Assembly (NCBI GenBank): GCA_964035575.1 | Contig: OZ037838.1 | Location: 1,364,001 to 1,428,000, forward strand | DNA length: 64,000 nucleotides | Source: Rhynchopus sp. YZ270_cl-10 | Taxonomy: Eukaryota | Direction: 5' to 3' | In this document: in pieces, positions 55,671 through 64,000 of the stretch | Layout of the letters: each line of letters opens with the position of its first letter | Numbering within the stretch: position 1 is the stretch's first letter | Translations under genes and position numbers: made by a program | Notes under the pieces: model-generated | Database searches by the model: none | What the model was told of the DNA's origin: nothing | What the model saw: only the letters and a program-made list of their open reading frames with translations

Positions 55671-58600
55671 ATGCGGCCGAACTCTGTAGGGGTGTTGTGC
55701 GGGGGCCTCTTGGTGCTTTCCGCTTTAGTTGATGCAGAAGGGAATGCAACGGCGGCCCCAGCACAGAGTGGCGCCGGAGCCTTCTGCCCGCAGACGTGCC
55801 GCGAGACGGCACATTTTTGCCGCAATTCTGATAAAAAAGACAATGTTGACCCCAACCCTATAACAAATATGTGCGATAATTGCGATGCTGGATTTCACGG
55901 ACCGACCTGCGAGTCTTGTACAAACGACCTTGGGTGTCACACCGGATCGCACGAAAAACATTGTGTACACTCTACAACATTTCACGACGAAAACCCTGCC
56001 TATTTCGACTGCGATCTTGTAGATGACAACTACATGCCGCTTCTTTCTAACGGACGGGAAGGTGTTGACGGGAAGGTGCAAATCAAATGGACCAAACCTA
56101 CCGGATGGGCAAGATCTGACAATGACGGGCGCATGGACTTTACTATGTTCCGCGTTGAGCCGAATGGGCTGGAGGAGGACACACCGTATTTATTGCCCTT
56201 TTTTAAATGCGTTTCTAAGCAGTGCAAAATGACGAGAAAATACCGTAAGGTAGGAGAAGGCCCGGTGCACAACAGAATCGAAATCCTGCAGGATGGGAAT
56301 GTAGATGGGACAATGTCCCCTGAAACTCAATCGACCGATAAGGTCATAAATGGTCTTGCAAATTCTGCGAAACTTGCGGTCCGGGGGTGGGTCCTCGTGG
56401 GCCTGATGGTTCTGTCCTCTTCAATTCTCTTTGGAGCGGGATTCATCAAAAACGGAAAGCTTCGTCGCAAAACGGTTTCGATCTCTGGCATTGCGCTTTC
56501 GATTGAGCTTCTTCTCCTGATCGTGTCAAACCTTTTTGCGATGCATTCGAGGGAGGAAGAGAAGAAGGGGAACAGTGGAGGGAATGAAACGTATACGGAA
56601 GTGACGTATGAATGCGAAGGTGAGACGGAATGTGGTTGCGCCCCGCAGGATCCAAACTTCAAGGAGGCCTGGCAGCCGTCGTGCATTGGGCAGCCGTTTG
56701 AAAATGTGTTGAAGCAGATTAAAAATGTCGTCAAAATTATTTGCGACGCAGGCGATGTGCAAAACGAATTTTCCAAATACTTCGAGCCTGCGAGGGCCTG
56801 CGTCTTCGTCCCTGATGACATCGCGACGCTTCCGATCATCATCCGCTGCTCAATGTCTCAATGCGTCACCAACGAAACCGCAACGGACATCGAAACCTTT
56901 GTCTCTGGGTCTTCCTCATTGGTCCTGGAGCTCACCTTTGGCGCGCTGTGCCTTGCTGTGCTGGCTATCGTTGTGCACTTTGTATACACAATTCGGGTGA
57001 CCGACACTCTAATGCGCGAATGGCGTGAAAAATACAAAAACAGCACCGAACAAGGTAACATCCAACAACTTCAGGTCATCGACCACAACGAAGACGAATA
57101 TGGGGACTCCCCTCCACGCACCAGGGCCGGCAGTGAGGCAGCTTCCCCGGCTCCTGCGACCCTCAAACTCGGTACCCGCTTGCTGTCCTACCATATCGGG
57201 GAGGGGGCGGATGCGCTGCGCATTCTCAACAAAATTACATTAGAAGTACCTCATGGGGAATCGCTTGCTATTATGGGCCCTTCTGGAGCTGGCAAGACCA
57301 CTCTTCTCGACCTTCTAGCAGCAAGAGACAAATCAGGCATTGTAACCGGCTCGCTTCTCCTCAACGACGCACCGATCACACCAGGGAGGGTGCTGAACGT
57401 TTACAAGGACATAGTAGGGTACGTGAGTCAGCAGGACTCTTTGCTTCCGACGTTGACGGTGTATGAGTCGGTGTTGTACTCAGCGCGCTTGCGTCTCCCT
57501 GCTGCCATGCCAGATGAGGTGAAGAGACAAAGGGTCACCAAGGTGATTGAAGATCTCGGCCTGTCGCATTGCAAGGATTCGCACATCGGGGGAGCCAAGG
57601 TCCGTGGTATTTCTGGGGGAGAAAAGCGTCGGGTGAGCATTGCGATGGAGTTGGTTGCGCATCCAAGAATTTTGTTTTTGGACGAACCGACGTCAGGGTT
57701 GGATTCGTATTCAGCGTTGGTTGTGATGCAGACGATTTCAAAAATGAAAAATCTTCGTAGCGAAGATGAATCCTGTCCAGAATTTGCGCGCTTTTTTAAC
57801 TACAAAACGGTGCTCATCTTTTCGATTCATCAGCCGAGCCGTGAAATTTTCAGTTTATTTGATAATCTCATGTTGCTCTCGAAGGGCTCGCTGTTGTACT
57901 GCGGAAAGGCTTCGCAGGCGTTGGAGACGTTTGCGAGGTTGGGGTACCGTGCGCCGGATACGACGACGAATGCTTCGGACTTTTTGTTGAAAATTGCGTC
58001 AACGTTGACGACGAACGAAAGATCCGTTCTTGCCTCCACTGCACTAACCGCACTGCCTTGCGGGAATGCAAGAGAAAACAGTGTAGTGAGCGACCACAGC
58101 GAACACATCTTCGCAGGCTTCTGCTCTGACGAAGACAGCGACACCGAGCACGATGCACTCATCACCATGAGCGACACCCTTGTCACACCCAACACAGAAC
58201 GCATCAGCGATGGCCGCCCTCACGGACCCCGCCGTCCAGCACCCCACGCACTCCCTGCCGCCCTTCAGGAAGCCGAAGCGAACAGACGTTATTACGTGAA
58301 TTTCTACCAGGAGCTTGCGATAGTGGGACGGAGGGGCTTTCATTGCTTGGTAGGAAATTATTATTTGGTGATGTGTCATGTGGTAGTGACGTTGGCGTTG
58401 GGAGGTCTGTTGTTAGTGTTCTATTCACGCCAGCCGTTGACGTTGCCTGGGATTCTGAACCGTGCGGGGTGTCTGTCGTTCACGATGATCCTGCTCGGGT
58501 TCTCCTCGATGTCGGCCCTAGAGCTCTTCCTCAACGAGCGTGAGGTGTACGTGGCGGAGAGGAACAACCGCTACTACGGGTCGCTGTCGTACTTCCTCAC

Positions 58601-60052
58601 GAAGATCGTCTTTGACATCATCCCCTTACGCATCATCCCGCCACTCTTCTTGGGGTCCATTACATACAACCAAATGGGCCTGCGGACGGTATGTTTTGGT
58701 GAAAGGCTTGGGCTCAGCTCATAAACTTTTTTGATTGGTAAAATTGTTACTACAGTTGGGTGATCTATGAACGGTCATATTTTTTCACTAGCTCTCAGTA
58801 AGCTCTCACAGCCTGTCACGGAGGTGATCATAGATCACCCAAACAGTTGTGCGAATCTCCACTTAAGAAGTTCTGGAACAGCTTAATCTTTTTTCTTTGA
58901 ATTTTATCATTTCATTATTTTGTGTCATCATTTTTTTCCCTTTGTGCAGGACGATCCAATGCATTTCTTCTGGTTCCTCGTCGTGCTGGTGCTGTTCAAC
59001 ATCACTACAGCGGGTATTTCGTTCAATTCAGGTATGTGCCAAACAGCTTCTCACCTTTTTATAAGATGGCTTCACTTTCTTTTGTGCCCAACACTTCCCC
59101 ACACAAAAAGAACACCACAGCTAGCATCCTTAGGGTGTCTGCACAAATACAAAACCACACACACACACCCCACAGCAATGATCGCACCATCCTTCGGAGC
59201 AGGCGTGCTCCTGTCGTCTCTGATGTTGCTTCTCTTCTTCGCCTTCGACCCCTTGATGGTGCAGGGGCAAACGCTCCCTGCGTGGGTGGCGTGGTTCCGC
59301 TACATCAGCCCCTTCTTCCTCTCGTTTGAGGTGCTCATGGTCAACGAGCTGCTTGGTCAGCACTGCACGTTCGCGCCTACCTCGGCCTCAGGTATATTCA
59401 CATTTACCCCCAAAAAACATAGCCTCTGAGAGGGGCAAACGACCACTGTGACTGCATAGCCCTCCCCCGGCATATGTGCTGCTCCTAGGAACTACCCACG
59501 TCCCACATACTGCATTCACCATAAAACGATGGATGTTTCTTTTGCCCTTAGGAACCTATGATTTGCTTGCAGAGATATACAGCAGTCCCTTTTGTTTGAA
59601 AAGTGCGTTTCTGGTAGAGTAGTTATGATCCCGTCTTCGTCTTTACCTTCCTCCTCGCGGCATTGCCTGCCTCGAAGAACTCCTGTGCCCTCTTCCGGTA
59701 GTCGTGCACGGTCTTGCCATTAAACCATGTGTCGGGCACACCCTGATTTATTTGAAAATGTACCCTCCAACATGTCATCCTCGGGTGTCTGCACTAATAC
59801 AACCAAGTTTTCAAAAACAAAACAACACAAGAGCACAGCAAACAAGAAACTTCATAAAAACCCCATTCACACCACCCTACAGGGAAGCCCAGCGACGAGC
59901 CCATCCCCATCCTCTGCGAACAGTACCTCGCGAACCTTGGGCTCGAGCCCGCTCGCTTCAGCTTCGACCTCTCCATGTTGATGCTGTGGTGTGGCGTATA
60001 CCTGGCGCTCGCATGGCTTGGCCTCTGGTGGTTAGTCAGAGACAGACGATGA
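55671..60052 (+). CDS. ABCG half transporter, ADP1-like; exons 55671-58688, 58950-59031, 59176-59391, 59883-60052
   Basis: Signal peptide, EGF/Cys-rich ectodomain, Walker A GPSGAGKTT, signature ISGGEKRR, Walker B ILFLDEPT, ABC2 membrane domain. Three GT-AG introns join in frame to end ...WWLVRDRR*. Confidence 0.9.
58757..58842. repeat. 15-bp inverted repeat in ABCG intron 1
   Basis: ttgggtgatctatga / tcatagatcacccaa. Confidence 0.6.
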
Positions 60053-60167
60053 TCAGAGATGAGAGAATAATCACCACACTACTCCCGGGTATTTACCGCC
60101 CCAGAACAAAAAAAAAATATAGTGGAGCACACTCTAGCCTAGACTAGGGTGGCTACACTAATACAAT

Positions 60168-62993
60168 CACGGTGGCCCAGCAGACCCTTTTGGGGGTACC
60201 CCCGGGGGTACCCCCAAAAGGGGTACCCCGCAGGGTAGGGTACCACACAGGGTAGGGTCCGCGGGGGGTACCCCCTCGCGTGGGCTACCCCAGGGGGTAC
60301 CCCACAGGGTTGGGTAGGGTCCGCGCGGGGTACCCTTTGGGGGGTTTGGGGTACCCCGAGGGGTACCCCCCAGGGTCCGCGGGGGTACCCCTCAGGGTCC
60401 GCGGGGTACCCCATGGGGTACCCCCGCGGACCCTGGGGGGTACCCCCCGGGGTACCCCCTGCACACCCGGTGGCTATTGCCTCCCAGGGAAAGGGACTCT
60501 CAAAAATTTTTTTTTGCCCTTTATAGGCCTAATTTCGACGATTTGAGGCCATTAAAAGCAAAAATTGGCACTTTTGAGCATCTGTGGGGGTCTAAAACGT
60601 GGTTTTGCGCAGCCGATTTTTCGTGGTTTTTTTACCAAAGACAAGTCGATTTTTGACCAATTTTTCATGAAAAATGTGAAGGAAATCGCTTAGGAACTTA
60701 GCTGTGTACGTGTTCTAGCTACTGCATACACCGCGGGGTATAACCAAAATGACCGTATTTTGGCTGAAATTTCGACTTGACAATTTTTCCTCGATTTGGT
60801 CAATCTGAGGTTTTGTTTGGGGTTTTTGGGCCATTTTATGACCAACCACGCCCGCATACGTGGGAAATTACGCGCGCAATGACGACGTCACGGCGTGGGG
60901 AGCCCTCGTAATTACGAGGGGTGCTCCCGTGATCCTTTGAGGCCATTAAAAGCAAAATTTGGCACTTTTGAGCATCTGTGGGGGTCTAAAACGTGGTTTC
61001 GCGCCCGAAAAGTCGTGATTTTACCAAAGACGCCTCGATTTTTGACCCAAATTTTTTTTTCTTCTCGCCCAAAATCGGGCGTGGTAGGTCATAAATGGCC
61101 CAAAAAATCCAAAGTCTCAATGAGCAAATTGTGAAGAAAAAAAAATTGGTCGAAGTTTTGGTCATTTTTACCATGTGGCAACAAATAGAATGCAGGTATC
61201 AGTATCAGTGGGATTGTTCGTGCAGTGATGTTCTCGTACCTGGAGAGTAGGCCGAGCGAGTGCTGCAAGGTATGTTTTTAAGCCCCGGTTTTTACACCCC
61301 CCCGCTCCCCCTTTTCGCCTTTGTCCCGCTCGGATGTCAATCGAAGCATATTTTTATTGTCAAAATTGTCACTTTTACTTTTTTATCATGGCATCTCGTA
61401 ACCTCTACAACTCTTTTACGTCAGGGAACCGGATGAGGTGCTACTTCCGGACTGAGGAAGGGCAGTCTTTTACTTTCTTTTTTGCATGGAAGAGGTACGG
61501 AGCGGCTTCTTGTTTGTTTGTTTGATTTTTTTTGTTGTAGTCTCTACTTTTGCACTCAATTTCTCTCAACAGGTACCCGAACCGACGACCCTTCATCGTG
61601 ACAGCGAAACAGTGCCGATGGAAGAGCTGGTGCAATTATTTCAAACCAGGTGGCGACCGCAAAAGTTGGGTTTTTAAACCAATTTTTCCATTAACCCACC
61701 CCATAGACCACCTCAATTATTATGAAACTCTTAGTCAGTCACTGCTATAGCCATTAGGGAGCATAGCTAGTGCAAAAAATTTGGCTTCGGGATCCGGAAA
61801 GTCTGTCCTCTGCTCTTGCGGAGGACTACAGCAGGCACAAGAAATATCGCGTTCCCCCAGAAAACCAATTTTTGTCACAGTAATTTTTGCCCAGGGCATG
61901 CTCTTGAAGCATGGCGGCTTGGTGTGAGAAGGGGCAGCGTATTGTTTTGTTCTAGATTTCAACGGTTGTTAGAACGAGTCAAGTGGATGCTTATCTAAAC
62001 ACTGACTTTAGAACAGACCCGAGAGATCAGATATGACTTTGAGGAAAGAACAAAGCAATGCATCTGTACCCGCACGCCAGGTTGTAGTTACTTCAGAATT
62101 TTCTTAAGTTTGCGCGAAAGAGAGCGGGGGCAACTCCTTTGTGTCATTAGTCCGCTGTGCAGCACAAAGCGAGGAACCTTAAAACACTACCTGCGTGGTG
62201 GCTGAATTCACATCCCTTAGAATTACCAGAATTCAGCCTTTGTTGAAGTAACGTACATACTTGTATGTGCGTGTCACGCTTCTCCACCCTTAAATGGGTG
62301 CACTGCTTCACTGCAGCGGGTAAGCCTCTCTCGACTAGTGCGAACTTAAGAATGTTCTGCTGCAACTTACCAAAATCGATTTTCTCACCCCAAACACCCG
62401 CAACACCCCACCTGCTACTTCGGTAGCCTGTGTTGTTGGGAGTTGGTTCTCATGTTGATCCCCAGTGACTGTCTTGCACTGCTTCTTCTGAGCCCAACAC
62501 TGTTTGGCCTGTCGACGGGGTAATAAATACGAAGACAGGGGGGCGGTGCCAACAATTTTCCGATGATGTAACGTTTATCTGATTGATTTATCGTTTGATA
62601 TACCTTGTGTGTCCTTCTTCATGCACACCAAGCAACATATATTGAACGGTATTTTCAAGCGATACTTCGTTATGTCATCGGGGGGCGGACCCCGCGCGGA
62701 CCCTTGACTCTGGCACTCTGGCACTCTGGCTGTACCTGTGTACCTGTGTACCTGTGTACCTGTGTACCTGTGTACCTGTGTACCTGTGTACCTGTGTACC
62801 TGTGTACCTGTGTACCCCCAGTGCCAGTCAGGGTCCGCGCGGGGTACCCCGGGGGGTACCCCCGGGGGTAGTCTGGGGGGTACCCCTCAGATTTGGGGGG
62901 TACCCCATGGGGTACCCCATGGGGTAGTCTGGGGGGTACCCCCTTGGGTACCCCCCGCGGACCCTACCCTAAGGGTAGGAATGGGCCACCGTG
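60168..62993. mobile_element. Non-autonomous CMC/EnSpm-like transposon
   Basis: TIR CACGGTGGCCCA; 2-bp AT TSD, confirmed because removal restores the dispersed motif cactaatacaatcaagttttcaaaaa. Subterminal arrays of palindromic GGGGTACCCC; (GTACCTGT)n at ~62732-62815. Confidence 0.85.
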
Positions 62994-64000
62994 ATCAAGT
63001 TTTCAAAAAAAAAAAAAAAAATGCTCTGAAACGTCAGCGCAAATAATACCAATGAACCTAAAGAGAGGGGATGGGGGGGGAGGAGATTGGGGAAGGGGGG
63101 GTCCATTCAAGGGGGGGGGGGGGGGGGGGGGGGGTAAGCACAGCAATTTTTTTTTAATCCTAGCCTTTGAACGAAATTTTTTTCTCTGTTGCGTTCTAAA
63201 GAATGAAATGGGGGATGGGGTGGGGTGGGGTGGCAATTTTGTTGTTTTTTTCTGCTTCACTCAAAGAGAGAAGGTAAAAAGAGGAGGGCGAGGGAAGGGG
63301 GGGTTCTTGTACTAAATTGTTTTAAATATCTGGGGGGGGGTTTATTTTTGTGTTACAATAACTAAAAAAAACCGAAAGTTTTTTTTTTCTCTTCAATCAC
63401 TCTTGTGACAACTATGGCATTTGTTGCATGGTGACTAAGCGCACCCTGGTATCATCTTACAACTTGTTTTGTTTTCCCCCCTTTTCCCCTTCTTTCTTTT
63501 TTATAAGGTGACTAAGCACGAGAGGCTTAGGATCATCTTATAAACTTTTCTTTTTTTACCCTACCAGACAGACGTGATGTTAGGCCACCAAAACAGGACC
63601 TTTTTTTTCACGGAAAGGTGAGTACGCGAAGACGTAAGCTCATCTTCTTAACTTTCTTATTTTTTGGTGGTACACTGTCACGAGAGGGCTTTGTATTTCA
63701 ACTTTCGTTTTTTTTTTTTTTTTCCAGCACGATAAAGACGTGCACGAAAGGTTTCATCTTTCAAATGTTTCTTTTTGTTTCCCTCCCCAACCACCCTCTT
63801 GGAAAAAGGCGTGTGTTCCTCAGTAAAACTTAAAATATCTGAACAACAAGGTCAACCTGAATTGTCCAGAAATATTACGGCCCGCTACTTAAGTCCCATG
63901 TTACGAGAGGGCTTTTTATTTTTATTCCTACGAACATGGTATACATAAGATCTTAACTAAGATATGGGGGAAAAACCCCTGTTTTTAAAGATCTTATGTA

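Noticed and set aside
61200..62400. Possible transposase remnants inside the CMC-like element
   Set aside because: Only short ORFs with no motif I can recognise; a translated HMM search would be needed.

Overview
This is eukaryotic, repeat-rich DNA with GT-AG introns and homopolymer tracts, and every host gene is on the + strand. A euglenozoan such as a diplonemid is plausible, but that is inference only. The window holds four kinds of content. (1) A Cache/HAMP receptor with a degenerate class III cyclase domain. (2) An apparently intact tyrosine-recombinase (YR) retrotransposon (4880-12172) with split direct repeats A1-ORFs-B1-A2-B2 and gag-YR-RT/RNaseH order. Its YR gene is overprinted inside the pol frame, and a candidate -1 frameshift site sits at the gag stop. 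(3) The dominant feature: 16 tandem intronless paralogs (11 intact, 4 disrupted, 1 5'-truncated, plus remnants). Each encodes an N-terminal ubiquitin-like domain that is almost nucleotide-invariant, fused to a 7-bladed WD40-like propeller whose predicted top-face loops are hypervariable and mosaic. This is a candidate constant/variable recognition system. (4) A hypothetical helical protein, a patatin/SDP1-type lipase, a RING-H2 protein and a 4-exon ADP1-like ABCG transporter. At least 12 non-autonomous terminal-inverted-repeat (TIR) or foldback insertions are present, many with target-site duplications (TSDs) checkable against empty paralogous sites. All calls come from reading motifs by eye; no database searches were run.
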